A stretch of 64,000 nt of DNA from an uncultured Clostridia bacterium. GTDB lineage: Bacteria; Bacillota; Clostridia; Christensenellales; Borkfalkiaceae. Both the position numbers and the translations under genes were made by a program. The notes beneath the pieces were generated by a model. That model was not told the DNA's origin and searched no databases. It worked only from the letters and a program-made list of their open reading frames with translations. The DNA is taken from assembly GCA_947626005.1 (NCBI GenBank), contig CANQQM010000001.1:35496-99495 (forward strand), written 5' to 3'. Below, in pieces: positions 1 to 8,803 of this stretch (the first letter of the stretch is position 1; each line of letters begins with the position of its first letter).

Positions 1-98
1 TCGGCGACTGCGCCCCGGATTACATTCTGACGACTTCCGACGTCTATAACACCTACCGCTATTCCTTCCCGTTCTCATCGTATGTAAGTATCGGATAA
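1..98 (+). CDS. possible 3' end of an upstream gene (open from window edge, ends ...SYVSIG*)
   Basis: Frame +3 is open from nt 3 to TAA at 96-98. Only ~31 codons are visible and no motif was recognised. Confidence 0.2.
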   Translation, partial: GDCAPDYILTTSDVYNTYRYSFPFSSYVSIG

Positions 99-121
99 TT
101 AAAAGGAGCCAATCGGGCAAT

Positions 122-2002
122 ATGATCTATACCTGTCAACACTGCGGCGCGCAGTTCTCGGTGGAGCACATCCGCGAGGCGCTCGGCAGAAAAGAAAACT
201 TCATCCAGTGCAGATATTGCAACCAGATCACCGACTTCGGCGAAGTGCGCAAATCCTCCATCGCCCGCGGGTACGATCATTTGAGCGAAGGGGACTTCAA
301 CCTCGCGATGCAGAGCTTTTCGAGGGCGATCGGGGAGGCCTCCCAGCGCAAGCGCAAGGCGTCGCCCGACGCATACCTCGGCTACGCCCTCGCCCAGTTC
401 CGCGTTCAGACGATCTTCCGCGACGACGACCCCAACCGCATCGAGGAGCCCCGCCTCATCTGCCACCAGTGCAACGAGGGGGACCTCATCGACAACCGCA
501 ACTTCCGCGACGCCCTTTCGGCGCTTGAGGAGGGGGCGGACGGCATGGTCGCCTCCGCCGAAACGCAGCGGCTCATGAAGTTCGCCGACACGGTCGACGG
601 CATCCGCGCCCGCTACAACGAGATCGCGGAGGAGAAGCCCCGCGGCTTCCGCTACGGCATGTTCATCGCCTACGAGGACGAACCCGAGGATCGGGAGTCG
701 GAAGAGGGGAGAACGTACGCCGACAAGGTGAACAACAACCGCCCCGACGGCGTTCGGAACGTGTTCCTTCCCGACATCGAGGATTACGACAACGACCCGC
801 TCTCCTATGAGGCGGCGATCCTGTACGCCATCGACAATTCCGCGTGCATGGTCGTCATCACCGACAACAACATCGACCACCGCCTCACCAACATCTACAC
901 CCGCTACTATCTGAAGCACAAGGACGGCGCTTCCCGCCTTGCCTTTGTCCGCTTCTGTGACAAGATCAACATCCCGCTTCCCGATCAGAGCCTTGCGGAG
1001 AACGTGTGGGATATCGACATCTTCGACGGCGACGCCTACGTCTCCTCCTCGAAGTGCGACGGGCGCAACCGCTTCAATAAGTTCGTCTGCGACTGCAACG
1101 GCGTCATCTACCGCTCCGTCTCCGCGCCGCCCGCCCCCGAAAAGCCGCGGGCGGAGACGCCCGAAGAGGACGAGTTCGTCTGGGCGGAGGAGCCCGCGGG
1201 CGAAAAGCAAGTTTACCGCCTTCTCCCCGGCCGCCAGTTCGAGTTCGGCAGCTATCCGCAGCGCCGCGAGGAGGATGAGCGGATCGTGGACTTCTTCCGC
1301 GAATTCGACCGCCCGAGTGCAGACGATCCCCGCGGGTGGACGGTCATGTTCCGCAACCGCACGGGGAAGGCGTACACCTGGTACCGCGACGAGACGGTCG
1401 GCGGAAAACGCTACCGCGCGGTGTACTTCACCAAGTTCCGCGACGTGTATTCGGTGCAGGATTCCGACGCCCGTGCGCACGAACAGCGGGTGCAGGGGTA
1501 CATGCCGGGGCGGGTCTACTGCTTCGCTTTCATGCCGCTTATCTGGAACGCGGTGGAAATGTCCCCCCGCAAGGCGACCCTCTGCACCGACCTCGGCATC
1601 GAAAGCAGGGAGTTCAACTGCAGCGACCTTGCGCACGACTGGGAGTATTCGACCATCCGCACATGGCTCAACGGGGAATTCTTGGAGACGGCCTTCACCG
1701 AAGAGGAACAGCAGGCGCTCTACTTCGACGACAGCGGAGAGGACCGCGTGTTCCTCATGGAGAAGGACTTCGACGAGCGCGGCTACGATAGCCGCCGCGC
1801 CATCCTCGGGAGCGACTACTTTAAGTGCATCGGCGGCATGTGCTCGACGCAGGGCATCAACAGCTATTGGATCAACTCGCACGACGTCGAATCGGCAGAG
1901 GAGGCGGCGGTCGTCTATCCCACCTCGGAGGGGCGGCTCGCAAGCTCGTTCGTCGACAGCACCCTCGTCGCCGTCATTCCGAAGATCGTCTTGAAACTGT
2001 AA
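122..2002 (+). CDS. multidomain hypothetical protein: N-terminal zinc ribbon, helical/TPR-like segment, TIR-like (flavodoxin-fold) middle, DUF6273-like C-terminus
   Basis: 626-aa ORF with non-repetitive composition. CxxC...CxxC at the N-terminus (CQHCG...CRYCN). Middle segment GMFIAYEDE...AILYAIDNSACMVVITDNNI resembles TIR beta-A to beta-D strands. C-terminus has FGSYPQ...STIRTWLNGEFLETAFTEEEQ, typical of a Clostridial repeat-domain family. A terminator follows. Confidence 0.8.
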   Translation: MIYTCQHCGAQFSVEHIREALGRKENFIQCRYCNQITDFGEVRKSSIARGYDHLSEGDFNLAMQSFSRAIGEASQRKRKASPDAYLGYALAQFRVQTIFRDDDPNRIEEPRLICHQCNEGDLIDNRNFRDALSALEEGADGMVASAETQRLMKFADTVDGIRARYNEIAEEKPRGFRYGMFIAYEDEPEDRESEEGRTYADKVNNNRPDGVRNVFLPDIEDYDNDPLSYEAAILYAIDNSACMVVITDNNIDHRLTNIYTRYYLKHKDGASRLAFVRFCDKINIPLPDQSLAENVWDIDIFDGDAYVSSSKCDGRNRFNKFVCDCNGVIYRSVSAPPAPEKPRAETPEEDEFVWAEEPAGEKQVYRLLPGRQFEFGSYPQRREEDERIVDFFREFDRPSADDPRGWTVMFRNRTGKAYTWYRDETVGGKRYRAVYFTKFRDVYSVQDSDARAHEQRVQGYMPGRVYCFAFMPLIWNAVEMSPRKATLCTDLGIESREFNCSDLAHDWEYSTIRTWLNGEFLETAFTEEEQQALYFDDSGEDRVFLMEKDFDERGYDSRRAILGSDYFKCIGGMCSTQGINSYWINSHDVESAEEAAVVYPTSEGRLASSFVDSTLVAVIPKIVLKL

Positions 2003-2015
2003 AAAACCTCAGCCG

Positions 2016-2042
2016 CGCCCTCCCTTCGGGGAGGGCGTTTTT
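2016..2042 (+). terminator. intrinsic terminator after 122-2002
   Basis: Stem CGCCCTCCC / GGGAGGGCG with TTCG loop, followed by TTTTT. Confidence 0.8.
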
Positions 2043-2137
2043 GTAAAATTTTTTCTTATAGAGGGGGGATTTTTTCGGAATTCCTGTCGAAAAAAGGGGA
2101 AATTCCGCTCAAAAAAGAAAATTTTCTTCATAACCGC

Positions 2138-2166
2138 TTGACAAACCGCACGGCCTCGTTTACAAT
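2138..2166 (+). promoter_or_regulatory. sigma-A-type promoter (TTGACA-17-TACAAT)
   Basis: TTGACA at 2138-2143, 17-nt spacer, TACAAT at 2161-2166, about 30 nt upstream of ATG 2196. Confidence 0.6.
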
Positions 2167-2195
2167 GAAGATAAGAAATGTATGGGAGAGGAAGT

Positions 2196-3383
2196 ATGAA
2201 ACGCAAACGCTTCTCGATAATCGCCCTTGTGCTTGCGGTGGGACTTGCGGCGCTTTCGGCCTGTGCGCCGACCCCCGAGCCCGAGCCTGCGCCGACCCCT
2301 ACGCCGAAACCCGAACCCACGCCCCTTCCGAGCGCGGGGTACGAGGGAACGGTCGACGGCGTCGCCTTCTCTCTTCCCGACCTCGGGAACGCCGTGGCGC
2401 TCCACACCGAGCTTCAGGAGCAGTACTTGAAGGAGCGTGCCCCGGGGTCTGTCAATAAATATGCGAACGGCGTCAACGCGGGCGACGGACAGGATCATCG
2501 GGAACTCAGCTATCCCGTCCCCGTCTCCTTCCGCTGGACGGCGGGAGAGGGGGAGAGCTACACCCTTACGGTGAGCGAAAAGGAGGACTTCTCGGACGCT
2601 CTCACCTTCGAAACGGAGGAGACGAGCTACGACGTCTACAACCTGAAGGCGGGGACGACCTACTACTGGACGGTCACCGCGGGCGAAGCCGTGAGCGGCG
2701 CGGCCGTCTTTTCGACGGCGACCCGTGCCCCGCGCAACCTCTATGTCGACGGGGTTGCCAACGTGCGCGACGTCGGCGGCTGGGCGACGGCGGACGGCGG
2801 GACGGTCAAACAGGGGCTCTTCTACCGCGGCGGGCGGCTGACGAAGGACTACTTCGGCGACGTGACCGCATCCGAGGCGGGCATCGCGACCCTTCGGGAC
2901 GTGCTTAAGATCAAGACGGAGCTCGACCTCCGCGGCGGCGTCAACGACCCGAGCGAGGCGGGGAATCTCACCTCGAGCGCCATCGGCGAAGGGGTCGCCT
3001 ACCGCCACATCGGCATGAACTGGGAGGGGAACCTTTTCGAGCTCAACCACGAGGAGCTCAAGGAGATCTTTGCCCTCCTCGCAGACGAAAACAACTACCC
3101 CGTGTACATGCATTGCAGCATCGGGACGGACCGCACGGGGATCGTTTCCTACCTTGTGAACGGCCTTCTCGGCGTCGCCGACTTCGACCTCTACCGCGAC
3201 TACCTCTTCTCCAATTTCGCCTACATACAGGGCGCGAGGGAGATCAACACGATCACCAAGGGGTACGGGGCGACCATCAGCGGCTACGGCGGCGACACGA
3301 CGGCGGAGAGCGTACGGCTTGCCCTCCTTGCGATCGGCGTCCCCGAGGCGCACCTCGACGCCGTGAAGCGCATTCTCGGCTGA
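2196..3383 (+). CDS. secreted lipoprotein tyrosine/dual-specificity phosphatase (Y_phosphatase3-like) with N-terminal Ig/FN3-like domain
   Basis: Signal peptide plus lipobox (MKRKRFSIIALVLAVGLAALSAC). Pro/Thr/Glu linker. CX5R P-loop HCSIGTDRTG. Start moved from ORF start 2178 to ATG 2196, preceded by GAGAGGAAG. Confidence 0.85.
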   Translation: MKRKRFSIIALVLAVGLAALSACAPTPEPEPAPTPTPKPEPTPLPSAGYEGTVDGVAFSLPDLGNAVALHTELQEQYLKERAPGSVNKYANGVNAGDGQDHRELSYPVPVSFRWTAGEGESYTLTVSEKEDFSDALTFETEETSYDVYNLKAGTTYYWTVTAGEAVSGAAVFSTATRAPRNLYVDGVANVRDVGGWATADGGTVKQGLFYRGGRLTKDYFGDVTASEAGIATLRDVLKIKTELDLRGGVNDPSEAGNLTSSAIGEGVAYRHIGMNWEGNLFELNHEELKEIFALLADENNYPVYMHCSIGTDRTGIVSYLVNGLLGVADFDLYRDYLFSNFAYIQGAREINTITKGYGATISGYGGDTTAESVRLALLAIGVPEAHLDAVKRILG

Positions 3384-3397
3384 GAAAATGAAGAAAT

Positions 3398-3422
3398 AAA
3401 GACGGCGCAAGCCGTCTTTTTT
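3398..3422 (+). terminator. intrinsic terminator after phosphatase gene
   Basis: GACGGC-GCAA-GCCGTC hairpin followed by TTTTTT; AAA on the 5' side. Confidence 0.8.
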
Positions 3423-3430
3423 CGATTTGC

Positions 3431-3459
3431 TTGACTTTTTTCGGGCACGGGGGTATAAT
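3431..3459 (+). promoter_or_regulatory. sigma-A-type promoter (TTGACT-17-TATAAT) ending 6 nt before ATG 3466
   Basis: TTGACT 3431-3436, TATAAT 3454-3459, ATG 3466. No Shine-Dalgarno in between. Confidence 0.6.
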
Positions 3460-3465
3460 CGAATC

Positions 3466-4557
3466 ATGAATGTCTATCTCGACTACGCGGCGACGTCGCC
3501 GCTCCTTCCCGAGGTGCTCGAAGAGATGCTTCCTCTCCTTAAAGAACACTTCGGGAACGCCGATTCCCTCCACGGCTACGGCCGTCGGGCAGCCGCCTAT
3601 CTGACGGACGCACGCGACCGCATTGCAAAGGCCGTCGGGGCGCTTCCCTCCGAGGTCTACTTCACTTCGGGCGGAACGGAGGCGGACAACTGGGCGATGC
3701 GCTGCCTCGGGGAGGGCGGAGTGCTCCTCTCCCCGATCGAGCATGCCGCCGTGCGCGCCTCGGCAAGCATGCGGACAGGGGGCGCGCGGGAGTGTCCCGT
3801 CGGCGAAAACGGCGTCGTGACGGCGGAAGGGGTAAGGAGCGCCCTCTATGAGGGGTGCGGCCTTGTTTCCGTCATGGCGGTCAACAACGAGACGGGGTGC
3901 ATCTCCGAGCTTGAAAAAATCTCCGTCCTTGCAAAAGAGCGGGGGACGGTGTTCTTTTCCGACTGTGTGCAGGCGGCATGCTCCCTCGACCTCAAGAAGA
4001 TCTGGGACCTTGTCGACGCGATGGCGCTCTCCGCCCATAAGCTCGGCGGGCCGAAGGGCGTCGGGGCGCTTCTCGTAAAGAAGGGGGTGCGGCTCTCGGC
4101 GTTTCTGCGCGGCGGGGAGCAGGAGCGCGGGCTCCGCGGCGGCACCGTGAACGTGGCGGGGGCGGTCGGCTTTGCCCGCGCCCTCGAGGAGAAACAGGCG
4201 GCCCGTGTGTCGTTTTGCGCCCATACGGGGGCCCTTCGGGACCTCTTCGAACGCATTCTTTCTAAGGCCCTCGGCGGGGGGATGAAGATCGACGGCGAAC
4301 ACCGTGCGCCCAACCTCTCCCACATCACCTTCGAAAAGGGGAACGAGGCGCTTTTGAACCTTCTCGACCTTAAGGGGGTCGCGGCGTCGGGCGGGGCGGC
4401 CTGTTCGGCGCATTCGGCGCTTCCATCCCACGTTCTCCTTGCGATGGGACGCACGGAGGGGGAGGCCAAGCGGGGGATCCGCTTCTCCTTCGGGGCGGAA
4501 ACGACGGAGGAAGAGGTGCGTTTCGCGGCGGAAACCGTCCTCTCCGCCCTCTCTTAA
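3466..4557 (+). CDS. cysteine desulfurase (NifS/IscS-like class V aminotransferase)
   Basis: N-terminus MNVYLDYAATSP, PLP-lysine motif SAHKLGGPKG, active-site Cys in SGGAACSA. Start set at the internal ATG of ORF 3427-4557. Confidence 0.9.
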   Translation: MNVYLDYAATSPLLPEVLEEMLPLLKEHFGNADSLHGYGRRAAAYLTDARDRIAKAVGALPSEVYFTSGGTEADNWAMRCLGEGGVLLSPIEHAAVRASASMRTGGARECPVGENGVVTAEGVRSALYEGCGLVSVMAVNNETGCISELEKISVLAKERGTVFFSDCVQAACSLDLKKIWDLVDAMALSAHKLGGPKGVGALLVKKGVRLSAFLRGGEQERGLRGGTVNVAGAVGFARALEEKQAARVSFCAHTGALRDLFERILSKALGGGMKIDGEHRAPNLSHITFEKGNEALLNLLDLKGVAASGGAACSAHSALPSHVLLAMGRTEGEAKRGIRFSFGAETTEEEVRFAAETVLSALS

Positions 4558-5075
4558 TCGGCGAAAAAGCGGCGCACGATCTCGGCGATCTTGCTCTTAT
4601 ACACGACGCTCGCGTTCCCGCCCGCAAAGCAGAGGGGCGGATAGACGACGCACCACCAGTTGTCGCCCTTGCCCGAGCCGAGCTCGAGGATGAGGGCGTC
4701 GTACACGCCCGCCTCGAGGGTCACATTCTCATAGACGCGGGTGGGGAAGGTCTCTCTTTTGAGGGAGGCGCGTGCCCCGTAGGAGAACCCCTTTTCTTCG
4801 AGAACCTCCTCCGCGACGGAGGAAATTTCGGGAAGAAGCCCTCCGATCTTCTCCATCGCCTCCTCCTTCGTCTCGCAAAATGCGACAATGGGGGTCAAAA
4901 ACGCAACGACGGCGTCTCGCACTTCGTATTTTACCGCCTGCGCTTCGGGCGCGTTGGAGTCGGCGCGGATATGTACGCGCAAGTAGCCGTTCTCCTCTCC
5001 CTTCGGCACCGCCGTAAAGAGGAGGATGAGAAGGACAGAACCAATCAGACAAAAAGCAACGAGAAATTTTTTCAT
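4554..5075 (-). CDS. spoIIR: stage II sporulation protein R
   Basis: N-terminal TM/signal segment, then YLRVHIRADSNAPEAQAVKYEVRDAV, characteristic of SpoIIR. GGAGG lies upstream of the ATG. Confidence 0.85.
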   Translation of the reverse strand: MKKFLVAFCLIGSVLLILLFTAVPKGEENGYLRVHIRADSNAPEAQAVKYEVRDAVVAFLTPIVAFCETKEEAMEKIGGLLPEISSVAEEVLEEKGFSYGARASLKRETFPTRVYENVTLEAGVYDALILELGSGKGDNWWCVVYPPLCFAGGNASVVYKSKIAEIVRRFFAD

Positions 5076-5094
5076 GACCGCCTCCGAGCACAGA

Positions 5095-5123
5095 GATTAT
5101 TGCCCCGTGAAAGAATTTTATAC
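5095..5123 (-). promoter_or_regulatory. sigma-F-type forespore promoter of spoIIR
   Basis: Minus strand reads GTATA-14 nt-GGCAATAATC. Recalled consensus is GYATA-N14/15-GGnnAnAHTR. spoIIR is a classic sigma-F regulon member. Confidence 0.55.
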
Positions 5124-5153
5124 GGGAAGTGTCGGAGCGGCCGAGGGGGACAA

Positions 5154-6557
5154 ATGAAGAAATTTGCGCTTTTTTCCGCTCTTTTTCTCCTATTCGGGCT
5201 GTGCGGCTGTGCGAAAAAGCCCGTCGAGAATGTGGACGAGTACCCTTCGGGCCCTACCGAAGAGGAGCCCGCGCCGCCCGCCGAGGACGGCCCCGAACTC
5301 GTCGACCCCGAACCCTCGGAGGGCCCTGCACCGCCCGCCCATATGCACGCGGCCGCGGGGGACCGCCTGTTCGACGCAGAGAAGCACTGGTACGTCTGTG
5401 CGGACTGCGGCGAGAAATTTTCGGTCTCCGACCACACAATGGAAGGGGGCATGTGCACGTTATGCGGCTATCGCGTCGCGGAGGCGTTCGAGACGGCGCC
5501 CGCCGCGGAGGGATGCACGGTCGTCGGCCTCGGGACGGTGACAAGCCCCGATCTTCTCCTTCCCGAAGAAGTGGACGGGAAGCCCGTCGTCGGGATCGCG
5601 GAACGTGCCTTCGCGGGGGAGAGCATCACCTCCGTCACCCTTCCCGCCTCCCTTCAAACGATCGGGGAGAGGGCGTTTGCGGGCTGTTCGGGGCTGGATG
5701 TTGTGCGTTTTTTATCGGCGCCGACCGTCGGCGCCGACGCCTTTTCGGGCTGCAAAGTCTCCCGCGTCGAGTGCGAAGGGCTCTCCGTCTGGCAGAAGAT
5801 TTGCTTTGCGGCGCCTACTTCGAACCCGCTCTTTTCGGGCGGCCGCCTCTTCTTCGGGGAGACGGAAGCGGAGGCGCTTTCCCTCTCGGGGGAGGTCTTA
5901 CCCTACGCCTTCTACGGCTGCATTTCGCCGAAACGGGCGGAGATGGTGCGCGGAACGCTCGGCGCGGAGTGCTTTGCGGACTGTACCTTTCTTTCGGATG
6001 TGACGCTCGGAACGGACGTCACGGTCGGCGAAAACGCCTTCGAGGGGACGGCGGCGCTCGAGGAGGGCGGCGCGGAGGTCTATTTCGGGGAGCACCTCAT
6101 CCGCTATCGCGGGGCCGCCAAGCGCTACGAGGTCAGAGCGGGCACGAAGAGCATCGCGGGAGGCGCATTCGAGGGGAACACCCTCCTGGAACGGGTCACC
6201 CTGCCCGAGGGGCTTCTTTTTCTTTCCGAACGCGCCTTCACGGGCTGTCTTGCCCTTCAAAGTATTTCCCTTCCCTCCTCCCTTCTCGAGATCGGCGCCG
6301 AGGCCTTTTCGGGGTGCGCGGCGCTCGAAGCGGTCTCCTTCCCCGCGTCCCTTGTTCGCATCGGGGAGCGGGCCTTCTCGGGAAGCGGACTTAAAAGCGC
6401 CTCTTTTTCCTTGGCGGAGGGCTGGACTTCGGCGGCGGGAACGGTCGTCCTTTCCGACCCTTTGGCTGCCGCAGAGCGCTTAAAAGCGGCGGACGCCGCG
6501 GCGATTTGGCTGGAAGCGGGGCGGAAATTGCCCGAAACAGATCGAAATGCCTTGTAA
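5154..6557 (+). CDS. BspA-type leucine-rich-repeat lipoprotein
   Basis: MKKFALFSALFLLFGLCGC lipobox. Repeated units of the form AF.GC..L..V.LP.SL..IG..AF. Start set at the internal ATG 5154 with GAGGGGGA upstream. Confidence 0.85.
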   Translation: MKKFALFSALFLLFGLCGCAKKPVENVDEYPSGPTEEEPAPPAEDGPELVDPEPSEGPAPPAHMHAAAGDRLFDAEKHWYVCADCGEKFSVSDHTMEGGMCTLCGYRVAEAFETAPAAEGCTVVGLGTVTSPDLLLPEEVDGKPVVGIAERAFAGESITSVTLPASLQTIGERAFAGCSGLDVVRFLSAPTVGADAFSGCKVSRVECEGLSVWQKICFAAPTSNPLFSGGRLFFGETEAEALSLSGEVLPYAFYGCISPKRAEMVRGTLGAECFADCTFLSDVTLGTDVTVGENAFEGTAALEEGGAEVYFGEHLIRYRGAAKRYEVRAGTKSIAGGAFEGNTLLERVTLPEGLLFLSERAFTGCLALQSISLPSSLLEIGAEAFSGCAALEAVSFPASLVRIGERAFSGSGLKSASFSLAEGWTSAAGTVVLSDPLAAAERLKAADAAAIWLEAGRKLPETDRNAL

Positions 6558-6580
6558 TTCTCTGAAATTTATGATAGAAT
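6552..6580 (+). promoter_or_regulatory. sigma-A-type promoter with extended -10 (TTGTAA-17-TGaTAGAAT) for tex
   Basis: TTGTAA 6552-6557 overlaps the stop of the LRR gene. TAGAAT 6575-6580 is preceded by TG. AAGGAG RBS before ATG 6602. Confidence 0.55.
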
Positions 6581-6601
6581 AGATGGGTATAAGGAGAAAC
6601 C

Positions 6602-8800
6602 ATGCAAACGATCGTACAAATTCTTGCTGCGGAACTCGGGAAGCGGGAGGACCACGTTCAGAACGTCGTCACCCTTCTCGACGAGGGAAACACCGTTCCC
6701 TTCATCGCGCGGTACAGAAAAGAGATGCACGGCACGATGGACGATCAGACCATCCGCACCCTTGCCGACCGTCTCACCTATCTTCGCAACCTCGACGCCC
6801 GCCGCACGGAGGTCAAAAACGCCATCCGTTCACAGGAGAAGCTCACGCCCGAACTCTCGGACGCGATCGACGCCGCCCTCACCCTTGCGGAAGTGGAGGA
6901 CCTCTACCGGCCGTATAAACTCAAGCGCCGCACCCGTGCGATCATCGCCAAGGAGAAGGGGCTCGAACCGCTTGCGGAGCTGCTCTTTGCGCAGCTTCCC
7001 GATTGCCCCCTTCCCGAAGAGGCGGCGAAGGACTATCTCGACCCCGAAAAGAAGGTGGAGACGGTTTCCGACGCCCTTGCGGGCGCAAACGACATCATCG
7101 CCGAGCGCATTTCGGACGATGCGGAGATCCGAAAGCGCCTCCGCAACCTCTTTATTCAGTGCGCCGACGTCGTCACCTCGGCGGCGAAGAAGGGGCAGGA
7201 AGATACCGTTTACCGCAACTACTACGCCTTCACCTCCCCCGTGTGCAAGGTGCAGGGGCATCAGGTGCTTGCCTTCAACCGCGGAGAGCGGGAGGAGGTG
7301 CTGAAGGTCTCCGTCGTCATGAACCGCGACGCCGCCCTTGCCGTCATCCGCCGCAACATCGTAAAGCGGCCCGCCTGCGCCTCGACCGCCTTTGTCGAGG
7401 CCGCCGCGGAGGACGCTTACGATCGGCTCATCTATCCCTCCGTCGAGCGGGAGATCCGCACCATGCTCACCGACGCCGCCTCCGAGGGGGCGATCGGGCA
7501 GTTCGCACTCAACTTAAAACCCCTCCTCATGCAGCCGCCCGTCAAGGGATTCGTGACGATGGGGCTCGACCCCGGCTACCGCATGGGCTGTAAGGTCGCC
7601 GTCGTCGACGGAACGGGGAAGGTGCTCGACACGGCTGTCGTCTATCCCACCTACGGGGAGCGGCAGAAGCGGGAGTGCATCGAAAAGCTCTCCGCCCTCA
7701 TTAAAAAACACCGTGTGAAGCATATCGCGATCGGAAACGGCACCGCAAGCCGCGAGACCGAGCAGATGACGGTGGAGCTCATCGCCTCCCTCCGCGGCAC
7801 GGAGGACGTCTCGTATATGATCGTCAACGAAGCGGGGGCCTCGGTGTATTCCGCCTCTCCGCTTGCGGCGAAGGAATTCCCCGAATACGACGTCAACCTC
7901 CGTTCGGCGGTCTCCATTGCCCGCCGCCTGCAGGACCCGCTTGCCGAACTCGTCAAGATCGATCCGAAGTCCATCGGCGTCGGACAGTACCAGCACGACA
8001 TGCCCGAAAAGCGGCTCGAGATGGCGCTCGGCGGCGTCGTCGAGGACTGCGTGAACGCGGTGGGGGTGGACGTCAATACGGCCTCCGCGCCCCTTCTTGC
8101 GCGGGTCGCGGGGCTCAACGCGGGGGTTGCGAACAACATCGTCAAATACCGCGAAGAGCACGGGCTCTTCACGTCGCGTTCGGAGATCCTCCGCGTCCCC
8201 AAACTCGGGGAGAAGGCCTTCGAGCAGTGCGCGGGCTTCTTGCGGGTGCCCGAGAGCAAGAACGTTCTCGACAACACCGCCGTGCACCCCGAATCGTATG
8301 CGGCGGCGGAAAAGATGTTGAAACTGTGCGGCTTTACGGCGGAGGACGTCCGTGCGGGGCGTCTCGGCGGGCTGCGCGCACGCATCAAGGAATACGGGGA
8401 GGGCAAACTTGCCGCCGAATGCGGCGTGGGCGTCCCGACCCTCAACGACGTCGCCGCCGAGCTCATGAAGCCGGGGAGGGACCCGCGCGACGAACTTCCC
8501 GCCCCTCTCCTTCGCCGCGACGTCCTCGAGATCAAGGACTTGAAGCCCGGGATGGAGCTTAAAGGCACGGTGCGCAACGTCATCGACTTCGGCGCCTTCG
8601 TCGACATCGGCGTCCATCAGGACGGGCTCGTGCACATCTCCGAGATCTGCGACCGCTTCATCCGTCATCCCTCCGAAGTGCTTTCGGTGGGGGACGTCGT
8701 GACGGTCTGGGTGAAGGACGTGGACGAAAAGAAAAACCGCATCTCCCTTACGATGCGAAAAGATAAGAGAAGACCCGCGCGTTCGGCGCAAACGGAGTAA
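6602..8800 (+). CDS. tex: Tex-like transcription accessory protein (S1 RNA-binding)
   Basis: VPFIARYRKEMHG, YqgF-like GLDPGYRMGCKVAVVD, C-terminal S1 domain GTVRNVIDFGAFVDIGVHQDGLVHISE. Confidence 0.95.
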   Translation: MQTIVQILAAELGKREDHVQNVVTLLDEGNTVPFIARYRKEMHGTMDDQTIRTLADRLTYLRNLDARRTEVKNAIRSQEKLTPELSDAIDAALTLAEVEDLYRPYKLKRRTRAIIAKEKGLEPLAELLFAQLPDCPLPEEAAKDYLDPEKKVETVSDALAGANDIIAERISDDAEIRKRLRNLFIQCADVVTSAAKKGQEDTVYRNYYAFTSPVCKVQGHQVLAFNRGEREEVLKVSVVMNRDAALAVIRRNIVKRPACASTAFVEAAAEDAYDRLIYPSVEREIRTMLTDAASEGAIGQFALNLKPLLMQPPVKGFVTMGLDPGYRMGCKVAVVDGTGKVLDTAVVYPTYGERQKRECIEKLSALIKKHRVKHIAIGNGTASRETEQMTVELIASLRGTEDVSYMIVNEAGASVYSASPLAAKEFPEYDVNLRSAVSIARRLQDPLAELVKIDPKSIGVGQYQHDMPEKRLEMALGGVVEDCVNAVGVDVNTASAPLLARVAGLNAGVANNIVKYREEHGLFTSRSEILRVPKLGEKAFEQCAGFLRVPESKNVLDNTAVHPESYAAAEKMLKLCGFTAEDVRAGRLGGLRARIKEYGEGKLAAECGVGVPTLNDVAAELMKPGRDPRDELPAPLLRRDVLEIKDLKPGMELKGTVRNVIDFGAFVDIGVHQDGLVHISEICDRFIRHPSEVLSVGDVVTVWVKDVDEKKNRISLTMRKDKRRPARSAQTE

Positions 8801-8803
8801 ACG

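Noticed and set aside
59-1882. 607-aa minus-strand ORF antisense to gene 122-2002
   Set aside because: Same reasoning: biased Arg/Ala/Gly/Val/Asp composition, no recognisable domain, and a fully overlapping well-formed + strand gene.
939-1994. Same-strand out-of-frame ORFs inside real genes (for example 939-1994, 5129-6394, 20711-22201, 50250-51359, 52410-53378)
   Set aside because: Ser/Arg/Pro/Thr/Ala-rich low-complexity translations with no independent start signals. They are by-products of GC-rich coding sequence.
2076-2107. Imperfect inverted repeat CGGAATTCC...GGAAATTCCG upstream of the phosphatase promoter, considered as a terminator or sRNA
   Set aside because: No U-tract on either strand, and it matches no motif I know. 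It is mentioned only as a possible operator.
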